Of a DNA stretch of 64,000 nt, positions 32,181 through 45,875 are shown piece by piece. The translations under genes were made by a program, and so were the position numbers. How positions within the stretch are numbered: the first letter of the stretch is position 1; each line of letters begins with the position of its first letter. Source of the stretch: Eledone cirrhosa (taxonomy: Eukaryota); the NCBI GenBank assembly GCA_964016885.1, contig OZ024741.1, positions 291,214,001 to 291,278,000 on the forward strand, written 5' to 3'. The notes under the pieces were generated by a model. It was not told the origin of the DNA. It searched no databases and worked only from the letters and a program-made list of their open reading frames with translations.

Positions 32181-32617
32181 TTAAAAGAAAAAAACATTGG
32201 ATCATATAATTCCATGAATAGAATATATAGTCTGTGCACGTGGGAACGTTTGGATCATAGATCCCCTCGATCTGGTATGGCCTGGAGCTAAATAAAAGTA
32301 TTCAGAGATTGCTTTTTACAAGGCATAAGGTCAGCGATTTGTAGTAAAACCATGCGATATGCATAATCAAGTTGACCGCTGTCTAGTGTTACGAGTAATT
32401 GTATTGTTCCCTCTCTTTAAAAGGACACAGGACCTGGACAATTTTTATCACAGGCCATTGATCCCATACACCCGCAAACGTGACGTGTATGTGTTTGTAT
32501 ATATGGATACATTTATCGTTCATTGTATGACACACCCGCTAACGTATTTATGAACAAAAAGGCGAAACAAATCTATGAAAAGTCCAACAGAAAATGCCGA
32601 AAAAGATACTAACAATT

Positions 32618-32670
<53 letters not shown>

Positions 32671-32984
32671 TAAAATATAAAAACGGCAAGAACAAATTAT
32701 AACATCAAAAATATTCACTCCGAATAAACAACAGAAAAAACAACAACAAAATAACAAGAGCAATAAAAGAAACAAGACAGAAGAAATTGTCCCTAATATC
32801 CCCTGACAGCATTGTTTCATTCATTCATTTAATCATTCAGTCATTCATTCAATATATTCGGGAAGAAATCGTTTTCACAGATAGGTTAAGTCTGTCAACA
32901 ATAGACCAAGCTAGAAACTCAATATCTGAAGAGTACAATAATCTAGCAGTGAAAATAATGGGTAAAGGCTGTTGTTGACAATGT

Positions 32985-33094
<110 letters not shown>

Positions 33095-33106
33095 ATATAT
33101 AAATAT

Positions 33107-33148
<42 letters not shown>

Positions 33149-33256
33149 TCACTTGTTTCTGAACGATGGAAGAAAGTTTGAGATATTGTACTGTTATACA
33201 ACCAAATATGAGGAGGTGTTGAATTAATACACGCACACACACACACACACACACAC

Positions 33257-33345
<89 letters not shown>

Positions 33346-33719
33346 CAAAAAGTCCTAGGAAACCAACAGTTTTCTGTGTTTGGAAAAATATAAACAGTGA
33401 AGTTCATGAGTTCGTATGCTGTGTGGAGAATGCCAATTAAAGGTGTCGGGATTGACATCGTCTGAGAGAACATAAAAATGAGGCAAGAGGAAGGAATGTA
33501 AATGTATATGTACGTGAGTGTGTCAACGCACACGTATAGACATCCACACAAAGAATAAACAATGAAACACTCTCCGACTTAGGGTTGCTACCAAAATCAC
33601 CGGTCATCTACTCCTTATCATTGCGAAATACCCTCTCCCAGTTTGCGTACTTGCCGACACAGACCCTGATGAGTTTGCTCTGGATTCTACTGATTTAGTC
33701 GAAAATATAATCATGTAAT

Positions 33720-34330
33720 ACATAAAGTGATGATTCTATTAACAGAAGTATTTTTTACAGACTTGCAGTTTTATATAGACTTCTTTTGATAAAGGGTGAA
33801 ACAACTCTGTTACTGTATTTTTTTATTTTTTTTTTTTCGGCTTCGGGAGAAGGAATAATACCTACAGTTTGACTTGGAAAATGGCCTTTGTCAATGGTTT
33901 GATCTGAAGTAAGCATCTGTGTTCATGGTTTAGTGTGAAATAAAGGAATGTGTCGATGGCTAGCTATGTGATTGACGTGTTTGGTTTTTTTTTTTCCTTT
34001 TTTTTTTTTTAATAGATGACAGTTGAAAATGGCAGTAAAATCCACCATGCCGCTTAGAGGAATTTTAGAGAAAATATGTTTTGGAGGGAGGATTGGAAAG
34101 TTGTACACAAGTTGCGATTCCATTGAGATAGCTTCAGTGTTTTTCCCAAAGGCTCTCTTGATGATCGCTTTGTATGTAATGTGGTGATAGGTAAATGCAT
34201 CCAATTTAGGTTTTCTAGGTGTTGAAGGCACTTGTATTTTGTTTAAGCAGCAAAGAGTGTACCACATTGTGAAAGTTATGTGATATATGTGTAGGAATGT
34301 ACCTTGGACGGTGGTATTGATCATTAACTA
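33720..34330 (-). pseudogene. Possible decayed L1/Tx1-type RT N-terminal remnant
   Basis: Fragments SG.VDFTA.F, GHFP, GII/LLPKPKK and YK in the expected order across frameshifts. Confidence 0.35.
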
Positions 34331-35674
34331 TGCTCTTCCCGGAATGAGCCAAAAATTGTAATTCATTTAATGACAAAAGTATCCAAAATACACTTTGTAA
34401 ATGTTCTAGCCGTTACCTGACTTAGAGTTACGGAACAAGGATTTGAATGGTAGGAAATATGAGGTGCGTTGCATTGAGTACGTGGTGGAAAGATACAATT
34501 CTCAAATGCACCAAACTATCCTGCGCATTTACATTTTATGTATGTATGTATGGACTCGTAACTCCTCAGAGAGTCGTGGGGTTGCCGCATTGACATACGG
34601 TGTTTCTTGTGAATTTTAAGCCTGGCGGAGCCCATCCATCTCCTGGCCTGAGTGCAGCAGATTTCTTCCATAGAAAGCGAGAGAGAGTAAATGGGAAAGA
34701 GATATACAGGAAGAATCCACCTTAGTACTAGACTTGTAATTTTTTATATCGACTTCGAAAGGATGAAAGGCAAAGTTAACCTCGGCAGGATTTGAACTCA
34801 GAGAGCAGAGAGCCGGAAAGAATACCATAAAACATTCTATCTGATGTTCTACCGACTTTGCCAATTCGCCGTTAATATATGTACGTTATGATCATCAAAT
34901 CAACACTTAGAAACAACAGGAATACGTTTAAATACGAAGCAGTTTCATCAACATGCAATACCTCATTTCAATTAGGTTTTTCGGAAACAAAGGAAAGTGA
35001 CTTTGCCGCTCAATTCACCTTGTAATTGTATTTGATCCCTTATTGCACTCACGGGTTCACTATGTACAGTGTGTGTGTGAAGGGTTAGAGGGCAATAAAT
35101 AACTTATCCACTATTCTCAACTCTTTACATAAAGGAATCAATCATGATGTAAATCTTATCCAACTGCCGAACTCCCCAGCAGTATGCACGTGTGTATGCC
35201 GCGCACGTGTGTCTAAGTGTGTGTGTGTGTGTGTTATCTTTCTGTATTTGTGTACGTGCATGTATGTGTTTTTAAACTATTTATACATCTTTGTGTATAA
35301 ATATCTGTGAATGTGTGTGTGTGTGTGTGTGTTCGTAGGTGTGTGTGAGTGGATGTGTGTGCGTAAGAGAGAGAGCGTGTGGCTCTGACATGTGTGTAAG
35401 AGCTTGAGACTGACAAAGTGTCGAGCTCTGGGGGCAGATATAGGTCACCACAGGTAACAAATGATGGCCGCTTTTGTTCATGTTAACCCTTATAACTACT
35501 TTTTAGAACTAATATCCCCGCCACCATCACTACCACTATTACTACTACTGTTACTATCTACGTATATGTACCTATATGTGTATATAAACGCATATATGTA
35601 CCTATATGTGTATATAGACACACACACATATATATATATATATTTATATATACAATAAACGCATTTATATATAT

Positions 35675-35823
<149 letters not shown>

Positions 35824-36785
35824 TTTACGCATTTATATATATATATATATATATCCATATATATAATATTGATAACATAGTAGTAGTTATTTCCGATAAC
35901 AACAGACGTATTCGTTACATAGTAAAGGTACTAATTTACAGTCGTCCCGACTGTCACGCTCTCGTTGACTTTAGAGATGATCGAACTACCGTCTAAACGA
36001 CTGGTGGCGCCTCATATTAAGAGAATGGCAGAGGAAAATAAAGAGGAAAGTTGCAAATGTTACTAGTTATGTCTCGTAAATTTACCCTAAATCACTGATG
36101 TTATATATACCTTGGCTACTGTTAGGGCTGGATCTATGCCTGATAATGGCTGATAATGTCAGTGTGTGTAATCACTTGTTAGATGGACTACCGAGGAGCA
36201 AAGAAGTCAAACAGTCAATGATGGACTTAAGGTTACACACTACTTATTATTATTGATCGTTAAAACTGTATGTTTGAGGTGAAAGAGTTGAATTAAGGCT
36301 AGAAATGTATGTATATATAGACTGCGAATAAGCAGAGTCTGATAGACCGTATAATAAATTACGGTGAGCCACTGGCTTCAAATCTCAGAGCCTTGGTTTC
36401 AAAGCCCACCGTGGACGACTTTGCTTTTTACCATTTTAATGATCAATGAAGTAATTTATCCATACGTTGCGGGGGATCATCGTAATTATGAGAGCCTAAA
36501 AGAGACTGCTTATGGTATTTGTTCCAGCACTTTGCGCTCTGAATTCGAATCTCACAGTAGCATATATAATCCCTTACGCAATTTATCAACACAGCCTTGT
36601 TTTGGGTACCTTTAGCGAATTTCACAAGGTTGCAAACGTTCATGATAGACTTCTAGTTTAAGTTAATCTAACTTATTCCCTCTCACCTAGTTCGCAGGCC
36701 CTAAAAACTAAATCATCCATCATTTTTCGCTTCGTTTTCTGTATAATCTATATACATTTATAGTTTAATATATCTATATATATAT

Positions 36786-36875
<90 letters not shown>

Positions 36876-36907
36876 ATATATATATTTTATATATATATAT
36901 ATATATA

Positions 36908-37700
36908 TATTATTCAGAATATTAATAAATGAAGACATTCACATAATCAAAATATATATTTCGAAGGTACTGTGCTGTTTTTTTCAGTACGTCTTCGTCA
37001 GATAAAATACAGGAATTGATGTATGACATACCTCAACGGTCTTGATGGTTCAATTCCAGTATGGGCAGTGATTTATTACAACAAATCTCAATATTTATAT
37101 ACCACAAATAATAACATGAGAAAACTTAAATTTAATGAAGAAGAGGATGTGGAGCGAGATATGGGTATAAGGAGGGGGTGAGTATGAGGAAATGCAAGAA
37201 GAAAATAAATAAATACAGACATACATAAATATTTAAATGCGTAAATAGACGTATTAGGGAAGAAAAAGGAAGAGAGAGAGACAGATAGAAGAGAGAAGAA
37301 GAAAGAAATAACGGCAAAAAAGAAAGAAAGAGAAATGATATGTGACCGTTGCAATCAAATATTAAGTCAAATAGAGGCGACCAATTAAATACCATGGTAT
37401 TTAATTGGTCGCCTCTATCTGTTGTAATAAACCACTGCCAATACTGGAATTGAACCATCAAGACCGTTGAGGTATGTTATACATCAATTCATGTATTTTA
37501 TCTGACGAGGACGTACTGAAAAAAACAGCACAGTACCTTCGAAATATATATAATAAAACAGATATTTTGTTTATGTGAATGTCTTCATTTATTAATGTTC
37601 TGAATAATATTAATAACTCCAGAAAAGCTTTTTGTAGGGTGCTTTTAATCTATTGTAAAACTATATTCCTTGAGTAATCAATGAACCATATTAATCTTTG

Positions 37701-37706
<6 letters not shown>
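36908..37706 (+). mobile_element. Family F fold-back element with an internal perfect 48-bp palindrome
   Basis: 36908-37082 is inverted against 37421-37610. 37371-37418 is a loop-less palindrome. Tail at 37611-37706. An extra tail-less copy lies at 37746-37912. Confidence 0.85.
37496..37558 (+). ncRNA. Type I hammerhead (paralog at 37798-37858)
   Basis: TTTTAT-CTGACGA-ggacGTACTG..CAGTACcttc-GAAA-TATATA-TA-ATAAAA. Confidence 0.8.
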
Positions 37707-37748
<42 letters not shown>

Positions 37749-37989
37749 GAATTGAACTATCAAGACCGTAGAGGTATGTCATATATCAAATCATATATTT
37801 TATCTGACGAGGACGTATTGAAAAAACAACACAGTACCTTCGAAATATATATAATAAAGCATATATTTTGATTATGTGAATATCTTCATTTGTTAATATA
37901 TTGAATAATATTATATATATATATATATTATATATATAATATATATATATATATATGTATAATATAACTATAATTATAATATATATGTA

Positions 37990-38323
37990 TAATATAACTG
38001 TGTATTTTTGCATTTCTCTATGCGGGATACCATATATATATAAAGAAACTTTTCGCCCTACATGACTGAATACAATAAATCTAATCTGAGTTTTACGAAT
38101 ATTAAAAATAACATTCGATTCGTTTGCAAACAACCCTCAACTTTATAGCCATGTCAGTAGAATGAACCGATCATTATTGCTCTTGCAGTTCTGTTCACAT
38201 GCCAACACAAGAGCAAGAATGAAGGGTTCATTCTACTGACATGGCTATAAAAGTGAGGCTTGTTTGCATAATTGCAAACGAATCGAATGTTATGTTTATT
38301 ATTCGAAAAACTCGGATTACATT

Positions 38324-38330
<7 letters not shown>
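37990..38330 (-). mobile_element. Fold-back element without a clear HHR
   Basis: 38074-38185 is imperfectly inverted against 38208-38327, with a left extension as tail and (TA)n flanks. Confidence 0.7.
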
Positions 38331-38369
<39 letters not shown>

Positions 38370-38371
<2 letters not shown>

Positions 38372-38784
38372 AGTTTCTAACTCAATACAAGCTTTTGATA
38401 TATTCGGCTCCGTTAATTCGTAGAGCTATTTTAAATGTCGTGTAGATCCGGCTGCTATTTTTAGTGGCGTAAGTCTACGCGCCACGCTAAGTTCGGGAAC
38501 CATGTGCGTTATATATACACACATTTTCCAGTTTCCTATTTGATTTAGAAGTAGAAGTGAGGAGTATACTAATTTCAACACCCACTGAGGAGCCTGGAAT
38601 TGGTATTTCTCTTCACAAATAATATTGCGAAACGGTTATATCAAAGACCGTCTGGGTGATGGTAGTTACCACAATACTGGTTTGTATTTATTTTTCTTAA
38701 CTTGTTCTTAAATTGAGTCCAGCAAACCCTATTGTCTGTAGTTAATATTTTTTCACCTTAGCGATTTTGGTCCATTACGATTTG

Positions 38785-38862
<78 letters not shown>

Positions 38863-38974
38863 TGTGTTCGTTTTTTCCTCTTTGTTCAGTTATATACGGC
38901 TCGGAAAAGCCTTTTTCCTAGAGGTAATTTACTGTAATGAGACTATTTTCCGTTTCTAACTCAATACAAGCTTT

Positions 38975-38982
<8 letters not shown>
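38370..38982 (+). mobile_element. Retrozyme-like monomer with a 31-bp terminal direct repeat
   Basis: GTTTCTAACTCAATACAAGCTTTTGATATAT occurs at 38373-38403 and 38952-38982. Central HHR, (TA)n flanks. Confidence 0.7.
38579..38658 (+). ncRNA. Type I hammerhead
   Basis: CACCCA-CTGAGGA-GC..GC-GAAA-CGGT..ACCG-TC-TGGGTG. Confidence 0.85.
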
Positions 38983-39019
<37 letters not shown>

Positions 39020-39183
39020 TATAGGAGGAAGTTATAGTTCACTTGAAGCATTTTGTAATGAGGTATAAACGTGGGTATATGTATAATAAAGCCAAAACAA
39101 TGCAGGTAAGGAGATAGAATAAAGAATGCAAATGCAAAAGATATTGTTGACAATTAGTCTTTTACGATAGATTTATTTAAATG

Positions 39184-39220
39184 TCCTTAATTTTCGAGAT
39201 AATATCTCTTCTTCGGAGGG
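39184..39220 (-). ncRNA. Minimal variant hammerhead (CCGAAGA core)
   Basis: CCT-CCGAAGA-aGAGAT att ATCTC-GAAA-AT-TA-AGG, followed by AAATAAA. Confidence 0.5.
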
Positions 39221-39261
39221 AAGTAAAGCGGTTAAACCAGTGTTCTAAATAGCTTGCCAAG

Positions 39262-39304
<43 letters not shown>

Positions 39305-40024
39305 TGTATTTTTATATGGCTTAATTTTGATTTCTAAATAGAAACTGTATCTTCTATATGTAAGGAAAAGTGTTTGTCTAATATCAAACTGAAAACAGTT
39401 GCGTAAGATATAATTTCTCCAATACTGGCCAATACCTCCTAGAGAAGAGATGGGCTCTACCAGGTTCTAAAATGCCCTAGAAAAAATGCATCTCCATACA
39501 GCGCCGCAAGGACTCCGTCGGGACTTAAGGGACCATGCCACCACATATTCTTTTATTGTTTGTTTGTTTTTTGTTTTTTTTCACAACCGGGATCCGTTGT
39601 TGACACTTCTTGACTTGATACGAATTCAATTCATATATTTAACTACATCTGGTATTAGAATATTGTCATCTGAAAACAAAATTCAACACATGCACGTGTA
39701 ATCAATTACACACACATATAAAGAAACAGATTCACACACAAATATCTACACACACAAATAGATACGCACACATACAGCTACACGCACCAACAGATAAACA
39801 TTACCAGTGGTTGACATAAAAATACGAATGCATTGACAAAGTCACAGAGAGGGGGAGACAGAAAGAGAGACATACACGATGAGAGAGGGGGAAAGAATGG
39901 GAGTACTAGAGTGACGTTCTTATGTCAATATGTATATATATTTATAACTGATCTATTATATAAACTGATCTGGGGTGTATATGTATTAAATTAATATATA
40001 TATACATTTATACCTATATATATG

Positions 40025-40580
<556 letters not shown>

Positions 40581-40588
40581 TATCTATA

Positions 40589-40700
<112 letters not shown>

Positions 40701-40708
40701 TATATATA

Positions 40709-40748
<40 letters not shown>

Positions 40749-40766
40749 TATATAGTTATATATATA

Positions 40767-40804
<38 letters not shown>

Positions 40805-40886
40805 TATATATATATAGTTATATATATACATATATATATATATATATAGTTATATATATATATATATATAGTTATATATATATAGT

Positions 40887-40917
<31 letters not shown>

Positions 40918-41159
40918 TTATACCTATATATATACACACACACACACATATATATATGTACGTGCGTGTGTGTGTGTATTTGTTTGTCATGTGACTGTTT
41001 TGAATTCAAATGAAGGAAACCACATGAAAAGTATATTATATTCGTATGATTGAGAATCAGGAAGTCACATTACTTATATAAACATACATGCACATATGCA
41101 GAATTTTTATACATATATCATGCCTACATATATACATACATATGTACATATATGCATAC

Positions 41160-41294
<135 letters not shown>

Positions 41295-41323
41295 GATATA
41301 TATAATTGTTTGTGCTTTTGGCA

Positions 41324-41435
41324 CGAGGCCAGCAATTATCTCAGTGCATTACTGGTACTTTATTTTATCGACCCCGTGAGCATAAGGGCGAAGTTAACCT
41401 CGGTAGCATTTGAACTCAGACCGTAAAGGGACGTA
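41324..41435 (-). mobile_element. tRNA-derived SINE (truncated)
   Basis: Same family as 24401-24580 and 51800-51987. Confidence 0.8.
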
Positions 41436-42178
41436 ATAATGAATATTTTAACTTTAGCTATTGAGTACTCATTTCAACCGTCAACCACATGGGTTTGTTC
41501 TAATACATGGTATTTATCGCCCGCTTTCAAAAATTGTCAGTTATATAGGTATACTTGGTATTATCAGAACTTGTACGTGTATCCTGCTATGCCTAATCAG
41601 CAGATTTAGAAAACGTACATTTCTACGTACACATATGCCAAACACAAGCGCACAATCACACGGTGGCCTCGGTCTGCAGCCTGCCAAATCGGGAAGTGGG
41701 CCTCATGCTTAAGAAAAGAGCCCCGTGTAGTGGAACGGCTGATGTTGAGGTTGTACCTGGCTGTTAACAATAGCAAAAATTTTGCCATATAATGCGCGGG
41801 ACACAACTGAGATGCACCGTCCAAGCAAGGATGTTGTATTTGTACACCCTCTTTATTTTATTTATTTTTTATTTATTCGCTCCCCATTTTTCTCCCTTTC
41901 TCTTTGATAATATATACAATTGAATATGAATTAGTTTAAGTGAATAAACACTGATAGGCGTAGCTAACTCTACTCTACGATCAGTAAGTCAAGGTGGCGA
42001 CTGCACTTCCGTCTAATACTAGGTCTATGTCCTCTAAATCATGGTAGCAGGGATGTCAATACCACACCCAAATGCGCTTGGCTTGGCTTAGCTCGGCATG
42101 GCTCCCTAAAGAAATTCCGATGGAAGATAAAACCCGAAGTAGTAATGTTTTGTGACAAATGGTAAACATATCTCAGGA

Positions 42179-42251
<73 letters not shown>

Positions 42252-42258
<7 letters not shown>

Positions 42259-42455
42259 AGAACAAAAGATGGTTAAAAGTGTTCCATGTATTTTATTATG
42301 CGCATTTCAAAAACAAATATCCTCATGCAATAATATTTGTGTTTTCATCAGATAAAACATGAAGACATGATATGAAGGTTAAAAAACACTTGTGGATAGT
42401 TCAGTTTTAAATCAACATATTGCTTTATTGTACTACAATAAAACTCACCTCCTAC

Positions 42456-42456
<1 letters not shown>
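42252..42456. mobile_element. Family I element (inverted HHR-bearing end + tail tip) nested in the left-arm (TA)n
   Basis: 42252-42420 matches 52267-52436. 42420-42456 is the reverse complement of 52178-52215. Confidence 0.85.
42290..42357 (-). ncRNA. Type I hammerhead (paralog at 52304-52371)
   Basis: TTTTAT-CTGATGA-aaacACAAATAT..ATATTTGTtttt-GAAA-TGCGCA-TA-ATAAAA. Confidence 0.88.
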
Positions 42457-42529
<73 letters not shown>

Positions 42530-42856
42530 AGTAAGAATATTTTCGAAACAGCGAGCGGGTTTGAAATTATTAGAAATGTAAGCTATCGCCGTATTTTGAC
42601 TAAAGAAATTAAAGAAATTATTTAGCCTGATAGTGGGGTTAAGAACCCTCGGAGAAATGGAAAAAGATGAGTATTGACGTACATGGGAATATTGACGTCC
42701 CATGTACGTCAATACTCATCTTTTTCCATTTCTCCGAGGGTTCTTAACCCCACTATAAGGGTAAATAATTTCTTTAATTTCTTTAGTCAAAATACGGCGA
42801 TAGCTTACATTTCTATTAATTTCAAACCCACTCGCTGTTTCGAAAATATTCTTACT

Positions 42857-42909
<53 letters not shown>

Positions 42910-43109
42910 TATTCCTGAGATATGTTTACCATTTGACACAAAACATTACTACTTAGGGTTTTATCTTCCATCGGAATTTCTTTAGGGAGCCATGCCGAGC
43001 TGAGCCAAGCCAAGCGCATTTGGGTGTGGTATTGACATCAGTGCTACCATGATTTAGAGGACATAGACTTAGTATTAGACGGAAGTGCAGTCGCCACCTT
43101 GACTTACTG

Positions 43110-43248
<139 letters not shown>

Positions 43249-43632
43249 GATATACACACCGATCACATATAAAATCATACCACGTTTTCTAATCAAGCTA
43301 CATCTTGTTATACTTATATTATGTTGTTTAAACGCACGCACACACAAATACACACACACACACATATTGTTGATATACGATGTAAGTTGTATATGTTCCA
43401 CTCAGCCTCACCGCTATGTCCGGGTCAGTATAAAATCTTTTCCTGGGTCCTGTATTTTCGTTGCTCTAGTGATGCGGCTGGACTGCCAACCGCTATATCT
43501 GATTTGCTAAGCTGTCTGAACGTAATTTTATTACTCTGGGGTCTTTCCTCTTCTGAGTGCTCAAGCTACAGACCGATTATGCATATACGTTAGCTTGGCC
43601 GTATTCTAAAGCTTCGTCAATACTGTACTAAA

Positions 43633-43676
<44 letters not shown>

Positions 43677-44297
43677 ATAGAGGTGTAACACAAGTTATTA
43701 TATATTGGTAAACGGAATAGAAAATGCTGACAAATTGTTCACAGTTGAAAAATGGTTTAATTAGGAATAAAAGAGTATTAGTGATTGTATGGGTTAGTAT
43801 TCAGTTGTGGTTTTAAGTTTTTAAGTTTTTACCGGTTGCCCATTTCTAAATGCTTTTCAAAAATAATTTTGAGATAGAGTGTCCGTGTTGTTTGCTCTGA
43901 TCTGATTAGTTTTGGGAATTCTACCTGTTTTTATGTTAAAATGTGGCTCCAGCGTTACATTGGTGTTGCAAAAATTCTTGTGGTCAAAACAATTTTTATT
44001 GGTCGGTAGAGGTCATGTGAATGTAAACAATTGATTTTGCGCCAGGACTGTTTTTATGTTAAAAAAGTGGCTCCAGCGCTACTTGGTGTTTGCAAAAATT
44101 ATTGTGGTCAAAACAATTTTGATTTGTTGGTAGAGGTCATGTGAATAAAAAATTGGTTTTGCGCCAAGATTGAGAAATGACTCTTTCACAACAAATATGT
44201 GTGTGTGTGTGTGTGTGTAGTAGTAGTAGTAGTAAAGTGTTCGATGTTGTGATAATGGTTAGCAGGGATGTGTGTCAAATGGCTATTAAGATAAGTG

Positions 44298-44406
<109 letters not shown>

Positions 44407-44436
44407 TATAGCAGAGTAATTCGTGGTAGCAGGGAT

Positions 44437-45738
44437 ACAACAAAAACGGATTCAACCCTCATCAACTGAAATGAAGAGATCCTACAGGAACTCAAGAAAA
44501 TCAACACCAACCTATCTTTGCTGGTCGCCAAACTTTGACTCCACAAATAAGGAAACCGCCACCGGATACAAACCCTCCGAAATCGGCGACAAACTCCAAA
44601 ACCTTTGCGATACTATCCAAACTATGTTCACTACTACCAACCCAGGAAAAACCAACGAAGAACCATGTGAGATTGATTCATACAAAATGAAAATTCGAAC
44701 AATTCCAAAATGGAACAAATCCCTCAGAGACAGAAAGTTCTCATTCTGGAAGATGATACAAAATCACAAGAGATATATGAAAAATGACTTAACTCAACCC
44801 CTCTAACTCTCCCCCGTAAACTACAAATAAAGTCCATTCCAAATGAAGCCGAACCTCAAAGACACCTTAGGGAAAGAATGGCATTGGAAAAAATGAAGAC
44901 AGAAATTGAACTTCTTAAACTGAGGGCGCAGACAAATGAGGAAAAAATCAAAACCATCGATGAAGAGATCCTCCTGGAAATCAACAACAAAACTGAAGGC
45001 CCCAAGGTAGAGAAGATCTCCAAATTAGGGAAAGGGGACTGCAACAGAGAAGAACTGAAATCCCTTCAACGCTGGGAAAAAAGTTCCGCTTGGTTCCTAC
45101 ACTATGAATCGACTTTTCAAACGGATTACACCTCCAATCACCCGTTCATAAAAATAGGAAAACTCATAACTGAACCGCACAACAACTTCTCAAACCCCCA
45201 AGCCTCTAACAAACGAAGAAGGAAGCACCACACCGAAGATGAACTTCCCAACTTCGCTACAATAAGAAGGAACAAAAACCCAAGAAATCATCTCCCCCAG
45301 AATGATATTTACAACTTTCCCCCTTCAAGGAGACACCATACCAAATCACTCAACTACTACGCGGATGCCTCATCGTCAAACATAGGGAAAAGATACCACC
45401 GCCATGATAGATGTAACAACTTCCCCGCTTCAAGGGGACAGCAAGGTAATTACCATTTTCTCAACTCTCGCTTCCACAATACACAACAAACCCACACCAC
45501 ACGATACAACCAACAACGTAGGCCACTTATAACACCACAATACAACATGGCACATAGAAACACACACCCATACTCGCAGTACAGGAACACCCCATTCAAT
45601 CTACAACCACCAACCCGAACCACATTTTACAACAACAAGGAATATAACAAACACAGGAGACCACTTAACATCAGCAGACAACCCCTCTACCCCAACCATT
45701 TTTTAGACACAACACACAGATACAGGCAAACAAAATAA
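44437..45738 (+). pseudogene. PLE ORF1-like protein (helical/coiled-coil-like middle, basic low-complexity C-terminus), 5'-truncated with one frame break near 44770-44805
   Basis: WNKSLRDRKFSFW (frame 1) continues as LPRKLQIK..ERMALEKMKTEIELLKLR (44878-45738). Shows the same A/C-rich strand bias as the RT ORF. Confidence 0.65.
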
Positions 45739-45875
45739 CACAAGACAGGGAGGAGAAACCGATAGTAATAAAAATTATCAATCTTACTAGTGCAGAACCA
45801 ACACCCAACCTTATCAACTTACTCTACAAAGGTCTTAAATTCACACCGACCCCACTACGTCCTAACTACTATGAA

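Larger units (their letters stand above)
41981..43109. repeat. ~1.1-kb nested inverted repeat
   Basis: 41981-42185 is inverted against 42906-43109, and 42525-42688 against 42698-42861 (9-nt loop). Each arm contains a (TA)n tract. Confidence 0.9.

Noticed and set aside
33660-33720. CTGATGA...GAAA at 33666-33704
   Set aside because: No stem I or stem III complementarity.
41445-41570. Minus-strand GAAA-TGAGTACTCA hairpin with upstream CTGACAA/CTGATAA
   Set aside because: Lacks the UH and a matching stem I. At best a heavily decayed HHR.
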